DNA of 64,000 nucleotides from an uncultured Oleiharenicola sp. (GTDB taxonomy: Bacteria > Verrucomicrobiota > Verrucomicrobiia > Opitutales > Opitutaceae), in assembly GCA_964423065.1 (NCBI GenBank), contig CAYRDN010000001.1:188619-252618 (forward strand). Reading direction: 5' to 3'. The notes below the pieces were generated by a model. That model was not told the origin of the DNA, searched no databases, and was given only the letters and a program-made list of their open reading frames with translations. The translations under genes were made by a program, and so were the position numbers. Shown here piece by piece: positions 51,805-62,975 of the stretch (positions are counted from its first letter, which is position 1; each line of letters opens with the position of its first letter).

Positions 51805-53037
51805 TCACTCGCTCTTGTTGTAGTTCACGTAGCCCTCGGTCAGGTCGGTGGCGAGCAGCCGGAAGGCGGCCTTGCCGAGATGCAGGTTGAGCGTGATGGT
51901 GAAGCGGCGGCCCTTCACGATCTCCTTCCACTTCGGCTTCAGCTCGGCGTGCGGCGCGCCCGCGGTCATCGCCGGGGTGTCGTTGTAGAGGATGTCGAGC
52001 TTGGCCTCGACCAGCTTGGCCCCGGCATAGCCGGCGGCGTCGGCCAGCCGGCCCCAGTTGGGGTCCTCGCCGTACCAGGAGGATTTGACGAGCAGCGAGT
52101 TGCCGATCGCCCGGGCGACCTTCTCGGCGTCCTCGCCGGAGGCGGCGCCCAGGACCTTCACCTCGACGACCTTGGTGATCTTCTCGCCGTCGGCGACGAT
52201 CTTGCCCGCCAGGGCCTCGCAGGCCTGCCAGACCGCCTCGGCGAACAGCACCCGCAGCTCGCGCGGGCTCTTGTCGCCGACGCTGACGCCGGAATGGCCG
52301 TTGGCCAGCATGAGCACGGTGTCGTTGGTGCTCATGTCGCCGTCGACCGTGATGCAGTTGAAGGTGCCGGTGACCGCCTCGGACAGGGTCTTCTGCAGGA
52401 AGCTGCGCGGCACGGAGAAGTCCGTCGCGAGGAAGGCCAGCATGGTCGCCATGTTGGGCTGGATCATGCCGGCGCCCTTGGCGATGCCGGCGACAAAGTG
52501 CTTCTTGCCGTCGTAGGTGAAGCTGACGGTCACCGTCTTCGGCCGGGTGTCGGAGGTGAGGATGGCGCTCGCGGCCCGGTTCCCATGGTCGGGGGTGCGG
52601 CCCTTCTCGCTGACGGCGCGCTCGAGGCCCTTGAGCAGGCGGGGCATCGGCAGCGGCTGGCCGATGCGGCCGGTCGAGCAGACGAAGAATGCCGCGGGCT
52701 TCAGGTTCAGCGAAGCAGCGGCGCGCTGGGCGGTCAGCTGGGCGTCGCGCAGGCCCGCGGGGCCGGTGCAGGCGTTGGCGTTGCCGGCATTGGCCACGAT
52801 GCCGTGGAACGGCCCGCCCTCGGCGAGGTGCTTCTGGCAGAGCAGCACCGGGGCGGCCTTGACCGCGTTCTTGGTGAACGTGCCGGCGGCGGTGCAGGGC
52901 CGCAGGGAAAACAGCAGGGCGAGGTCGAGCCGCTTGAGGTCGTGCTTTTCCCGGATGTCGCAGGGCACGCCCGAGGCCTCAAAGCCGGGGACATCGGTGA
53001 TGCCGGCGCTATCCAGGGTAACAGTCAGTTGGGTCAT
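51805..53037 (-). CDS. argJ: Ornithine acetyltransferase / N-acetylglutamate synthase
   Basis: GNANACTG, STG, TSDT, KGAGMIQPNMATML, DGDMSTND, DGE, DPNWGR. Confidence 0.96.
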   Translation of the reverse strand: MTQLTVTLDSAGITDVPGFEASGVPCDIREKHDLKRLDLALLFSLRPCTAAGTFTKNAVKAAPVLLCQKHLAEGGPFHGIVANAGNANACTGPAGLRDAQLTAQRAAASLNLKPAAFFVCSTGRIGQPLPMPRLLKGLERAVSEKGRTPDHGNRAASAILTSDTRPKTVTVSFTYDGKKHFVAGIAKGAGMIQPNMATMLAFLATDFSVPRSFLQKTLSEAVTGTFNCITVDGDMSTNDTVLMLANGHSGVSVGDKSPRELRVLFAEAVWQACEALAGKIVADGEKITKVVEVKVLGAASGEDAEKVARAIGNSLLVKSSWYGEDPNWGRLADAAGYAGAKLVEAKLDILYNDTPAMTAGAPHAELKPKWKEIVKGRRFTITLNLHLGKAAFRLLATDLTEGYVNYNKSE

Positions 53038-53077
53038 TAGGGGTAAAAACGATTCATTCGCCGCGCGCCGGGCGGGC

Positions 53078-54109
53078 TCAGCCCAGCCCGGCCGTCTCGG
53101 GGTAGCCGAGCCACAGGTTCATGATCTGCACCGCCTGGCCGCTGGCGCCCTTGACGAGATTGTCGAGGGCGGAGGTGAGGACGAAGTTGCCGGTGCGGGC
53201 GTCGTGCACGGCGGAGAGGTCCACCCGGTTGGTGCCCGTGACGTGCGCCGTGTCCGGCGTCTCGCCGGCCGGCAGGAGGGAGACAAAAGGCCGCCCCGCA
53301 TAGGCGGCCCGCCATGCGGCGTAGAGGGACTCGATCGTCGCGCCCGGCGCCGCGGGCACCGTGATCGTCGTGGCGATGCCGCGCCGCATGGGCGCGAGAT
53401 GCGGGTTGAACTGGACGATGACCTTCGTCCCGGCGGCGGCGGACAGCTGTTCCTCGATCTCGGCGAGATGCCGGTGCTTGGTGAGTTGATAGGCCTTGGC
53501 ACTCTCGGCGCGCTCGACGAAAAGGAACTGCTCCTCGACCTTCTTGCCGGCGCCGCTGACGCCGCTGAAGGAGTTGACGACGATGTGCCCGGGCGTGACG
53601 AGGCCCGCCTTGAGCAGCGGCACCAGCGGCACGAGCGTGCTGGTCGGGTAGCAGCCGGGGGCGGCGGCAATCTTGATCTCCGCCTGCCATTTCGGGTCGG
53701 TCAGCTCGGGCAGGACAAAACGGGCGGACGGCAGCAGCTCAGGCGCATGGTGGTGGCCGTAGTAATGCTCAAAGGTGGCGAGGTCCGCGATCCGGAAGTC
53801 GGCGCTCAGGTCGATGACCTTGACCCCGGTGGGGGCGAGGGTCCGGGCGAAATCCGCCGCGGCGCCGTGCGGCAGGGCGAGGAACCACAGGCCGATGTCC
53901 CGCCGGGCGGCGAGGGCCGCGGGGTCCGAGTCGCAGAACCTCAGGGTGTCGGCGGCGGTGCCGCGCAGGGCCGGGATGACGGAGGCCACGGTCTTGCCCG
54001 CGTGCTGGCGCGAGGTGACCGCCGTCAGTTTGACCTGCGGATGGCCGAGGAGGAGCTTGACCAGAACTTCGCCGGAATAACCCGACGCGCCGACTACGCC
54101 GACATTCAT
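53078..54109 (-). CDS. argC: N-acetyl-gamma-glutamyl-phosphate reductase
   Basis: GASGYSG, LALPHG, IDLSADFR, PGCYPT, SGVSGAG, HRH, DNLVKGASGQA. Confidence 0.96.
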   Translation of the reverse strand: MNVGVVGASGYSGEVLVKLLLGHPQVKLTAVTSRQHAGKTVASVIPALRGTAADTLRFCDSDPAALAARRDIGLWFLALPHGAAADFARTLAPTGVKVIDLSADFRIADLATFEHYYGHHHAPELLPSARFVLPELTDPKWQAEIKIAAAPGCYPTSTLVPLVPLLKAGLVTPGHIVVNSFSGVSGAGKKVEEQFLFVERAESAKAYQLTKHRHLAEIEEQLSAAAGTKVIVQFNPHLAPMRRGIATTITVPAAPGATIESLYAAWRAAYAGRPFVSLLPAGETPDTAHVTGTNRVDLSAVHDARTGNFVLTSALDNLVKGASGQAVQIMNLWLGYPETAGLG

Positions 54110-54168
54110 TTAAGGGAGATGCAGAATTAAGAAATCCACCGGGGGAATCGAGAAGTTTCGTATCCCGT

Positions 54169-54203
54169 AAAAAGGAAGCGGAGGCCGTGGGGCGCTCCGC
54201 TTC
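54169..54203 (-). terminator. Intrinsic terminator after rpsI
   Basis: GAAGCGGAG...CTCCGCTTC stem followed by TTTTT on the minus strand. Confidence 0.7.
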
Positions 54204-54227
54204 GGGTAAAACCTGTTCCAGTCGGGG

Positions 54228-54630
<403 letters not shown>

Positions 54631-54633
54631 GGG

Positions 54634-55062
54634 TTACTTTAGGGCTACGGGGTTCTGGGCCGCATGGTCATGCGTGGCACCCGGGAAGACCCGGAGCTTG
54701 GTCAGCATCCGGGCCGCGAGCCGGTTGCGCGGGAGCATGCCCTTCACGGCCTGCATGATGATGAACTCGGGCTTCTGGCGGCGGACATCGGTGAGCTTGC
54801 GGTACTTTTCGCCGCCGACGTAGCCGGAGAACGACATGTATTCGGTGTGCTCTTCCTTCTTGCCGGTGAGGACGACCTTGCTCGCGTTGATCACGACCAC
54901 AAAATCACCGGTGTCGACGTGGGGCGTGTAGGTGGGTTTGTGACGGCCGCGCAGGATATTGGCGGCTTTGACGGCGAGACGGCCCAGGACCTTGCCTTCG
55001 GCATCGATCAAATGCCACTTGGGGGGTTGCTGCGTCTCTTTCTTGGCCAGATAGGTTTTCAT
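54634..55062 (-). CDS. rplM: 50S ribosomal protein L13
   Basis: WHLIDA, LGRLA, LRGRHKPTYTPHVDTGD, AVKGMLP. Confidence 0.98.
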   Translation of the reverse strand: MKTYLAKKETQQPPKWHLIDAEGKVLGRLAVKAANILRGRHKPTYTPHVDTGDFVVVINASKVVLTGKKEEHTEYMSFSGYVGGEKYRKLTDVRRQKPEFIIMQAVKGMLPRNRLAARMLTKLRVFPGATHDHAAQNPVALK

Positions 55063-55157
55063 TTGCGGAAAGGGGCCAAAGGGAAGGATTTCGCCATGGG
55101 CTGTCAACCCCGAACCTTTCACATTCTGAGAAACCGCCGGCGAGGCGGCTTAACCCC

Positions 55158-55910
55158 TCAAAAGTCGAGGTTTACACCGAGGGTCGCCCACCACTGGCCG
55201 CCGGCGGCCAGGCCAAAGGGACCGTTGGCCGGCGAACGTCCCGCGGCGTCGGCGTAGTGCAGCCCGGCCGTGATCGTCGCATGCGGACCGATGCGGTATG
55301 GCACCCGCGCCGCCCCGCCCCAATAGGCATAGCTGTCCGCCCGCGGCGGTCCGGGCGCGTCCGGCCGCCAGTCGGAGCCCCGGGCCCAGCCCGCGAAAAA
55401 ATCCAGCTCCAGGAACGCCCCGAGGCGGGTGAGCGCGATGCTCCGCGCCACCGAGGCCTGCGCGGTGTCGGCCCGGAAGCGGAAGTCATGGTAATAAGCC
55501 AGGCCCGGCGTGAAGCCCGCGACCGCCGCCAGCGTCCCGGCCAGGCCGGCCTCGAGGGAACGTTTCACGCCGCCACCCGGGACCTCGCCGAACCCGCTGT
55601 ACGCCACCGAGGCCTCCAAGCCGAGGCCGCTGACCGGTTGCCAAGCATAGGCGGCGCTGAGCTTCGTCTCGCTTGTCTCGCCGCGATCGAAAGGCTGGTT
55701 CGTCCACAGGCCGCCGCGGAAATTCCCGTGCACGAGTTCCACCCCGGCCTGCGCCGACTGGCCGGCGCGTTCGACGCCCCGGAATACATAGCGCGAGGCA
55801 TAGCCGAAGTCCGCGCGCACGGCCGGCACCTCCTCATCAACCTGCGCGGCCAGCGGCAGCGCCAGCAGCGCCACCAGACCGAAGCCGGAGAGTGTTTTGA
55901 AGGGGGACAT
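55158..55910 (-). CDS. Outer-membrane beta-barrel (TorF/TIGR02001-like putative porin)
   Basis: Signal peptide, 'YASRYVFRG', alternating strands, C-terminal Phe (GVNLDF). Confidence 0.72.
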   Translation of the reverse strand: MSPFKTLSGFGLVALLALPLAAQVDEEVPAVRADFGYASRYVFRGVERAGQSAQAGVELVHGNFRGGLWTNQPFDRGETSETKLSAAYAWQPVSGLGLEASVAYSGFGEVPGGGVKRSLEAGLAGTLAAVAGFTPGLAYYHDFRFRADTAQASVARSIALTRLGAFLELDFFAGWARGSDWRPDAPGPPRADSYAYWGGAARVPYRIGPHATITAGLHYADAAGRSPANGPFGLAAGGQWWATLGVNLDF

Positions 55911-55970
55911 GAAACCGCTGGCTATGGATGTGTTTGTTTTAGACCCTGATGTCCATACACTGATTTTGAC

Positions 55971-56378
55971 ATGAATCCCTCCGCCCGCCTGTTCGTGCTC
56001 GCCGCCGGCCTTCTCGGCTTCACCGGGGTCGCACTGGGGGCGTTCGGCGCCCATGCCCTCAAGGAGACGCTGGTCGCCCGCGGTTCCGTCGCCACCTGGC
56101 AGACCGCGGTGCTCTATCATCTCCTCCACGCAGTCGCGCTCCTCGCCCTCGCCGCGCTGGCCCAAGCGGCGGGCGCGGGCCCGGCCGGCGGCTGGGCCAA
56201 CGCCCGTTGGATCGGAGCCTGCTGGAGCGCCGGGGTTGTCCTGTTTTCCGGCTCGCTCTACTGGCTGGCCCTGGGCGGACCCAGGTTCCTCGGCCCCATC
56301 ACCCCCTTGGGCGGCCTCGCCTTCCTGGCTGGCTGGGGACTCCTCGCTTGGAACGCCCTCCAGGCTCCCAAGGCATGA
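55971..56378 (+). CDS. DUF423 (YgdD/YwdK-like) membrane protein
   Basis: LGAFGAHAL, WQTAVLYHLLH, LFSGSLY, ITPLGG. Confidence 0.9.
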   Translation: MNPSARLFVLAAGLLGFTGVALGAFGAHALKETLVARGSVATWQTAVLYHLLHAVALLALAALAQAAGAGPAGGWANARWIGACWSAGVVLFSGSLYWLALGGPRFLGPITPLGGLAFLAGWGLLAWNALQAPKA

Positions 56379-57802
56379 AGCTGCCCCCACCCCTCCTCGC
56401 CGCCCTTTCCGCCCTCCGCACCGCGGGCGGGCGGCCGCGCCTGGTTGGCGGCTGTGTGCGCGACTGGCAGCTCGGGCTCGAGCCCAAGGATTTCGACGTC
56501 GAGGTTCACGGGCTCGATTACGAGGCCATGGGCCGGGCGCTGGCGCCCATCGGCCCGACGGACCTCGTGGGCCGCAGCTTCGGGGTGCTGAAGCTCCGCC
56601 TCGAGGGCTCAGAGTACGATTTCAGCCTGCCCCGCCGCGAATCCAAGACCGGCGCCGGCCACCGCGGCTTTGCCGTCGCGCCCGATCCGAACCTGACGGA
56701 AGCCGAGGCGGCGGCCCGGCGCGATTTCACCGTCAACGCCCTCGCCTACGACCCGTTCGCCGGCCGCCTCCTCGATTTTCACGGCGGGATCGCGGACCTG
56801 AAAAACAGGATCCTGCGGCACACCGGGCCGGCCTTCACCGAGGATCCGCTGCGCGTGCTGCGGGCCTTCCAGCTGGCGGCGCGGTTCCAGTTCACGCTCG
56901 CGCCGGAGACCGCTTCGCTCTGCCGGTCGATCAGCGACAGCTACGCCGAGCTGCCGGTCGAGCGCGTCTGGGGCGAGTGGGACAAGTGGGCGACCCAGTC
57001 CGTCCAACCTTCGCGGGGCCTCGCCGTGTTGAAACAGACGGACTGGTTGCGGCATTTTCCCGAGATCGCGGCCCTCGACGGCGTGCCGCAGGAGCCCGAG
57101 TGGCATCCGGAGGGTGATGTCCTGGTCCACACCTGCCATTGCCTGGACGCCCTCGTGGGGCTGGCCGCGTGGCGCGACGGCCCGCCCCGGACGCGACGCA
57201 TCCTCTCCCTGAGCGTGCTCGGCCATGATTTCGGCAAGCCTTCCACCACCAAGCAGGCGGAGAAGCGCGGCCGGCTGCGCTGGGTCAGCCCGGAGCACGA
57301 GGCCGCCGGCGGGCCGCTGGCCGAGAGCTTCCTCCGGCGCATCGGGGCCCCGCTGGACCTGATCGAATCCGTCCGCCCGCTGGTCATGAACCACCTGCTG
57401 CACCACCACGGTCCGGCGGAGTTCCGCGACACCACGGTGCGGCGGCTGGCGCGGAAGCTCGCCCCGGCCACGATCGACGACCTCATCGCGGTGATGCTGT
57501 CCGACCACCTCGGCCGGCCGCCGCTGATCCCCCAGGAAACGGTGTCGCGCATCGAGTTTCTCCGCCTCGCCGCCCGGCGGCTGGAACTGGAGCACGGGGC
57601 GCCCCGGCCCATCGTGCTCGGCCGGCACCTGCTCGGGCTCGGCCTCACGCCCGGCCCGCAGTTCGGGACCGCCCTCCACGCCGCGTTCGAGTCGCAGCTC
57701 GACGGGGCGTTCAATGACGAGGCGGGCGGCGTCGCCTGGATGAAAAACTATTTGCGGGCACACCCGGGCGCCTTAAACTCACCTGCATCCACCGGCACAT
57801 GA
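56375..57802 (+). CDS. cca: tRNA nucleotidyltransferase (CCA-adding/PolyA_pol family) with HD domain
   Basis: [45 protein letters not shown]. Confidence 0.88.
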   Translation: MKLPPPLLAALSALRTAGGRPRLVGGCVRDWQLGLEPKDFDVEVHGLDYEAMGRALAPIGPTDLVGRSFGVLKLRLEGSEYDFSLPRRESKTGAGHRGFAVAPDPNLTEAEAAARRDFTVNALAYDPFAGRLLDFHGGIADLKNRILRHTGPAFTEDPLRVLRAFQLAARFQFTLAPETASLCRSISDSYAELPVERVWGEWDKWATQSVQPSRGLAVLKQTDWLRHFPEIAALDGVPQEPEWHPEGDVLVHTCHCLDALVGLAAWRDGPPRTRRILSLSVLGHDFGKPSTTKQAEKRGRLRWVSPEHEAAGGPLAESFLRRIGAPLDLIESVRPLVMNHLLHHHGPAEFRDTTVRRLARKLAPATIDDLIAVMLSDHLGRPPLIPQETVSRIEFLRLAARRLELEHGAPRPIVLGRHLLGLGLTPGPQFGTALHAAFESQLDGAFNDEAGGVAWMKNYLRAHPGALNSPASTGT

Positions 57803-58749
57803 GCAATCCCAACCAACTCGAGCAACTCAAGCAGTTTACCAAGGTCGTGGCGGACACGGGCGATTTCGCCAGCATGAAGGAGTACGCGCCGCAGGACGCC
57901 ACGACGAACCCCAGCCTGATCCTGAAGGCGGCCGCGATGCCGGGCTACGCCCATCTGGTGGACCAGGCCGTGGCGGAGGCCGGCGCCACGGCCGGCACGC
58001 CGCAGGTCATCGACCGGCTGCTGGTCCTCTTCGGCCGGGAGATTTTGAAAATCGTGCCCGGCCGTGTCTCGACCGAGGTGGACGCGCGGCTGTCGTTCGA
58101 CCGCGACGGCTCCATCGCCAAGGCCCGCGAGATCATCGGCCTCTACGAAAAGGCCGGCATCCCGCGCGAGCGCATCCTGATCAAGCTCGCCTCCACCTGG
58201 GAGGGGATCAAGGCCGCCGAGCTGCTGCAAAAGGAAAAGATCAACTGCAACCTCACGCTGCTCTTTTCCTTCGCCCAGGCGGTCGCGTGCGCCGAGGCGA
58301 AGGTCCGGCTCATCTCGCCCTTTGTCGGCCGCATCCTCGACTGGTACAAGAAAAACACCGGCAAGGATTACGCCCCGGCCGAGGATCCGGGCGTCAAATC
58401 CGTCACGGAGATCTACGCCTACTACAAGAAATTCGGCTACGCGACCGAGATCATGGGCGCCTCCTTTCGCAACAAGGGCGAGATCACCGAGCTGGCCGGC
58501 TGCGACCTGCTCACCATCAGCCCGGCCCTGCTCGGCGAGCTGAAGGCCGGCACCGAGCCGCTGGCGCGCAAGCTCGACCCGGCCCGGGCGCAGGCCGCGA
58601 CACTGCCACGGGTGAGTTTCGACGAGAAGGGCTTCCGGTTCGCGTTCAACGACGACGCCATGGCCACGGAGAAGACCGCCGAGGGCATCCGCGTGTTTTC
58701 CGCCGACATCATAAAGCTGGAACAGCTGATCAAGCAAAAGCGCGGGTGA
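57799..58749 (+). CDS. tal: Transaldolase
   Basis: [56 protein letters not shown]. Confidence 0.97.
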   Translation: MSNPNQLEQLKQFTKVVADTGDFASMKEYAPQDATTNPSLILKAAAMPGYAHLVDQAVAEAGATAGTPQVIDRLLVLFGREILKIVPGRVSTEVDARLSFDRDGSIAKAREIIGLYEKAGIPRERILIKLASTWEGIKAAELLQKEKINCNLTLLFSFAQAVACAEAKVRLISPFVGRILDWYKKNTGKDYAPAEDPGVKSVTEIYAYYKKFGYATEIMGASFRNKGEITELAGCDLLTISPALLGELKAGTEPLARKLDPARAQAATLPRVSFDEKGFRFAFNDDAMATEKTAEGIRVFSADIIKLEQLIKQKRG

Positions 58750-58756
58750 GACCCGG

Positions 58757-58814
58757 GCCGGGCTGGACCCCGGTCCAGCCGCGAGCCAGCGGCTGCACCA
58801 AGGTGCAGCCCGAC
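58757..58814. repeat. REP doublet (REPIN-like)
   Basis: GCCG-GGCTGGACCCCGGTCCAGCC ... GGCTGCACCAAGGTGCAGCC-CGAC: two palindromes in inverted arrangement with GTCG/GCCG-type ends. Confidence 0.75.
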
Positions 58815-58901
58815 GGAAATCGGCGGCCCATTATTTCATTTGCCCTCGTCGAACGGGCAGGCGATTCATCGCCCGGAATCGCCTGCCAGCAGGCCCCTAC
58901 C

Positions 58902-60851
58902 ATGACACACGCGCCGATCAAAGCTTTCCAATGGGATCTCGCGCGCCAGGTGGAGCGGCCGGACTTCCTGAAAAAACTGCTGCCCCGCTACGCCGCCTGG
59001 GGCTACCAGGAGCTTTACCTGCACCTCGAGGACGCCGTGCACTACCCCAGCCTGCCCGGCGTCGGGCGCGACGACGCCTGGTCCTGGCAGGAGCTGGGCG
59101 AACTGGTGCTGCACGCCGCGCGGCATGGCATCCGGGTCGTGCCCATCGCCAATCTCCTCGGCCACACCCAGTACCTCATCAAGCATCCCGAGTGGCGCGA
59201 TTTGAACGAACGGCGCGACGCGCGGGACCGGCCCCTTGAATACGGCCAGATCTGTCCGCTGCATCCGCGGACCGCCGAGGTCGCGGAGCGGCTGCTGCGC
59301 GACCTCGCGACTTATTGCACCGCCGGCAAGGTGCATGTCGGGCTCGACGAATCCTTTCACCTCGGCCAATGCCCGCGCTGTCGCGAGGAGGTGGCGCGCC
59401 TCGGGCTGGGCGGGCATTTCGCGGGTCACGTGCAGCGGCTGCACGCCCTCGGCGGGCGGCTCGGCCTGCAGCTGGGCCTGTGGGCCGACATGCTCTATTT
59501 CACCCCCGAGGCCATCCCGCTGCTGCCAGCCGGCATCACGGCCTATGACTGGTATTACTATCCTTTCGCCCGGAAGCCGCGGGTGGAATTATTCAACTTC
59601 GCCGAACGCGACCTCCGGCCGGCGTTGAAGAAACAGGGCATCGCCTACTACGGTTGCCCGATGAACGGGGCCTTCCGGCATGAGCCGCTGCCCGTGTTCG
59701 GCGACCGGATCGGCAACCTGCGGTCGTGGTGGCAGCGCTGCGCGGCGGTCAAGGCCGCGGGCTTTCTGGTCACCTCGTGGGAGGCCAGCCGCCTCGCGCT
59801 GGAGACGACGACCGTGGTCGACGCCGCCGCGGCCACGCTCTGGCTCGAGCCCGGGCCGGATGATGCAACCACACTGCTGGCCCGGGGGCTGGAGCGGGTT
59901 TTTCCCGGCAAACCGGCCCGGGTCCTGGCGCGCGCACTCCTCGCCGCCGATGAACATGCCTTTGCCGGCTATGCCCGCTGGCAGATCAATCACCGCTGGG
60001 ACGTATTGGCCGGCAACGAGAGCCTGAAACCCTATCAGGCCGAGGAGCGGTTCTTCGCCCGGTTGGAAACCCTCGCCTGGCCCAGGGCCTTCGCCGCCAG
60101 CCTGGCCTTCCGGCTCTACCTCGCCCGGCGGGATGGGTTCGTACGGGAGGCGGCGCGGTCGGTGTTCCACTGGCGTCGGCTGCTCGCCAAGGGTGAGCCG
60201 GAGCTTGTCATCCAGCATATGACCAAGGCGGCCGGGGCCGCCGCCGGGTTTGTCCGCGCCCTGCAGGCCGGGCGGCAGGCGGCACGCGCCATGTGGACGC
60301 GCAGCCGCGACCCGCGGGTGCGCGGACCGAATGAGCTCATGCTGGACGCCGACGAGCAGCGACTGCGGGAGTGGCGCGTGTGGCTGAAACGTGCCACCCG
60401 GCAGCCGGCGCTGGCGGGAGAAGCCACGCCGGTCTGCGGTATCTGGCAGCTGCAGTTCATGGTGCACAATTTCGCCCCCGCGGGGCAAAAGGTCGTCGTG
60501 GAACAGCAGAAGGCGGACGGTGCCTGGTCGGAACTGGCCGCCCGTTATACGATCGAGTTCCGCGCCCACGCCGCGCGGCCGCGGACCAAGATCAGGCGGG
60601 AGTTCACGGTGCCCGTGGCTTCACCCGACACGGCGCTGCGCATCGTGGTGCGCGGCGTGGGCCAGGTGGGCATCAGCCACACGGTGCTCACGGACGGCGT
60701 CAGCGGGCACCGGATCCGGGGCTGGAAGCGCCGGCGCACCCTCGGCCGGCCGGCACCGAAGCAGGGATTGCCCGACCTGAACCAGAACGAAATCTCGCCG
60801 GCCAACTGCCTGCCGCTGGTTTTTGCCGCCAGTGCCGGACGGGGCATATGA
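58902..60851 (+). CDS. Glycoside hydrolase family 20-like protein
   Basis: 'DLAR', 'LYLHLED', 'NLLGHTQY', catalytic 'HVGLDE', 'WADM', 'DWYY'. Confidence 0.75.
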   Translation: MTHAPIKAFQWDLARQVERPDFLKKLLPRYAAWGYQELYLHLEDAVHYPSLPGVGRDDAWSWQELGELVLHAARHGIRVVPIANLLGHTQYLIKHPEWRDLNERRDARDRPLEYGQICPLHPRTAEVAERLLRDLATYCTAGKVHVGLDESFHLGQCPRCREEVARLGLGGHFAGHVQRLHALGGRLGLQLGLWADMLYFTPEAIPLLPAGITAYDWYYYPFARKPRVELFNFAERDLRPALKKQGIAYYGCPMNGAFRHEPLPVFGDRIGNLRSWWQRCAAVKAAGFLVTSWEASRLALETTTVVDAAAATLWLEPGPDDATTLLARGLERVFPGKPARVLARALLAADEHAFAGYARWQINHRWDVLAGNESLKPYQAEERFFARLETLAWPRAFAASLAFRLYLARRDGFVREAARSVFHWRRLLAKGEPELVIQHMTKAAGAAAGFVRALQAGRQAARAMWTRSRDPRVRGPNELMLDADEQRLREWRVWLKRATRQPALAGEATPVCGIWQLQFMVHNFAPAGQKVVVEQQKADGAWSELAARYTIEFRAHAARPRTKIRREFTVPVASPDTALRIVVRGVGQVGISHTVLTDGVSGHRIRGWKRRRTLGRPAPKQGLPDLNQNEISPANCLPLVFAASAGRGI

Positions 60852-60898
60852 TCCGGGGGCACCGGTCGGGATGACCTGAGTCCAACGGACCCGGCCCC

Positions 60899-62809
60899 TC
60901 AGGGGCCGGGAGGAGCATACTTGAGCACGAATTCGCCCATCTTGCGATAAAAGGTGCGGCGCTCGAGTTCGTTGGGCAGGCCGTGGATCACCTGGGCGTC
61001 CCTGACCACCTCGACCGATTTGCCGGCCTGCTGCAGCGCATTGGCCATCAATTTGGTCTGGGCGATGTCGACCACCTGATCGGCCCCGCCGTGCAACAGG
61101 AGGACGGGACAGGTGACCTTCTCGGCAAAGTTAACCGGGGAAAATGCCCGGTAGCGATCCGCGGCGACGGACGGATCCAGATAGTAGTCCGTGCTTTTGA
61201 TCAAAAACTTCAGGGTGTCGTATGATTTCGAGCTCTCGTGCTTGTACTGATCCAGCCAATCATAGACTCCGGCGAAGCCGATGCAGGCCACGGCCAGGGA
61301 GGGATAACGGGTGGCGATCGCGAGGGAGATATAGCCCCCGTAGCTGGCCCCATAGACCACGATTTTCTTGGGATTGGCGTAGCCATATTGCACGGCCCAA
61401 TTGATGCCGTCGACGACGTCGTCGACGGATCGCTCGCAAACCTCGATTGTGTTTTTCAACTCGTGCGCCTGGCCATAACCGGTGGAGCCGCGGTAGTTGA
61501 CCTGCAAAACCGCATAGCCCAGCGCCGCGAGATACTGGACCTCCGGCTCAAACCCCCATTGATCGCGGGCGCGGGGACCGCCGTGGGACAGCGCGACCAG
61601 GGGCACGGCCTGGCCGGCGAGGCGATGCAGGGGGAGCGTGAGATAACCATGCAGGTTGTAGCCGTCGCGGGCCGGAAAGGTGATGGGCTGCATCGGCGCC
61701 CAGGCGTAACGGGCCGCCGCCGGCATGGATTCCAGCAGGAGGGAAATCTTCCCCTGCGCGAGATCGAGGACATACAAGGCGGGAGGAATGGCATCCGCGT
61801 GGGTGCGGAAAAGCACCCGCTTGTCCGGCATGGGCCCCAGGATGGTGACGGTCTGCCCGGGAAAACTGCGCTGGATCAGCGCCTGAAGCTTCCCGTACTG
61901 GGGATCAAACCAAAGGACCTGCGGTTTTTCCGTGGGGTAAGCGAGGCCGATCGGATGGCCGGTTTGATTGTCCCGGATCACGACCGGATCGATGTCGCAA
62001 AAGGAATCCGCGAGCAGCGGCTCCCCGTCCACCTGGTGTTTCCGCAGGTCATAATCCTGGACAACCAGGCGCCCCTGTTGATTGCGGTGGGAAATCAGGA
62101 TGGACTGGCCATCCGGGGCAAAAAAGAGGGGGTTGGCGCTCCCGGGCAAAGCCTCCGCGTGCCACGCCGCGCCGGCATTCTCCCGAAACCGGAAAGTTGC
62201 GCCCAAGTTTCGCCCGGGGATAACGGCAACCCGCGCCACCCCGGCGTCATCCAGGAGCCACGCGGAGACATCCCCGGGGTTTTTCTCGAGCAGATTGACC
62301 CGCTTGCTGGGAAGTAATGCGACATGGAGATCGGGGTAAAGATCACCATGGGGATAGGCGAGGAGGAAGATGCGGCTGGCGTCCTGGAGCTGCCCCTCCT
62401 GAAATTTCCAATTTAAATCGTGGTCCAACGGCAGGGAGCGGACATCGTCGAGGTTGAGGTTGGAGACATAGATCCCGCGCATGCCCAGCAGCAATTGCTC
62501 CGAGCCGACCCAGCGGAATGATTGCACATCGGCCATGTTTGCCAGCCCGGCCAGCCGCTGGGTGAATTTCTGGAGATCGTACACCCCCATCACCTTGTGG
62601 TCCTTGATTTCACAGGTGAAGGCCAGGTGTTTCCCATCAGGCGAGAGCGAGACCTGCTCCACGACCGGCGCCTGGAACAGCACGTCGATCAGCTTCTCCA
62701 TGTCCGCCGGCGGGGCCGGTTTGGCGGCGTCAGCCCGCAGGATCGTGGCGGATAAAAAAGCCACGGTCGCAGTTCGACTCAACAGGTTGCAGCAACGGGA
62801 CAGCTTCAT
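60899..62809 (-). CDS. S9 family (prolyl oligopeptidase/DAP2-like) serine peptidase, exported
   Basis: LSPDGKH, HGGP, NYRGSTGYG, GASYGG nucleophile, HGGAD, HG; alternative start 62824. Confidence 0.92.
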   Translation of the reverse strand: MKLSRCCNLLSRTATVAFLSATILRADAAKPAPPADMEKLIDVLFQAPVVEQVSLSPDGKHLAFTCEIKDHKVMGVYDLQKFTQRLAGLANMADVQSFRWVGSEQLLLGMRGIYVSNLNLDDVRSLPLDHDLNWKFQEGQLQDASRIFLLAYPHGDLYPDLHVALLPSKRVNLLEKNPGDVSAWLLDDAGVARVAVIPGRNLGATFRFRENAGAAWHAEALPGSANPLFFAPDGQSILISHRNQQGRLVVQDYDLRKHQVDGEPLLADSFCDIDPVVIRDNQTGHPIGLAYPTEKPQVLWFDPQYGKLQALIQRSFPGQTVTILGPMPDKRVLFRTHADAIPPALYVLDLAQGKISLLLESMPAAARYAWAPMQPITFPARDGYNLHGYLTLPLHRLAGQAVPLVALSHGGPRARDQWGFEPEVQYLAALGYAVLQVNYRGSTGYGQAHELKNTIEVCERSVDDVVDGINWAVQYGYANPKKIVVYGASYGGYISLAIATRYPSLAVACIGFAGVYDWLDQYKHESSKSYDTLKFLIKSTDYYLDPSVAADRYRAFSPVNFAEKVTCPVLLLHGGADQVVDIAQTKLMANALQQAGKSVEVVRDAQVIHGLPNELERRTFYRKMGEFVLKYAPPGP

Positions 62810-62919
62810 GGGAGGGATGGTCAAAGGCCCGGTTCAGGAGTGACGCAGATCCATGAAATGACCGTCATGGCCGTCGGGTCAAGACCGTGCCCCAAGTGCA
62901 ACGATCCGGCCGGACTCCG

Positions 62920-62951
62920 AAAAAAAAGCGGCCGGCAAATGCCGGCCGCTT
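62920..62951 (-). terminator. Intrinsic terminator after the TonB-dependent receptor
   Basis: AAGCGGCCGGCA-AA-TGCCGGCCGCTT perfect stem with an 8-nt T tract on the minus strand. Confidence 0.88.
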
Positions 62952-62975
62952 CGCCAATCAATTCAATCTGTCGGA

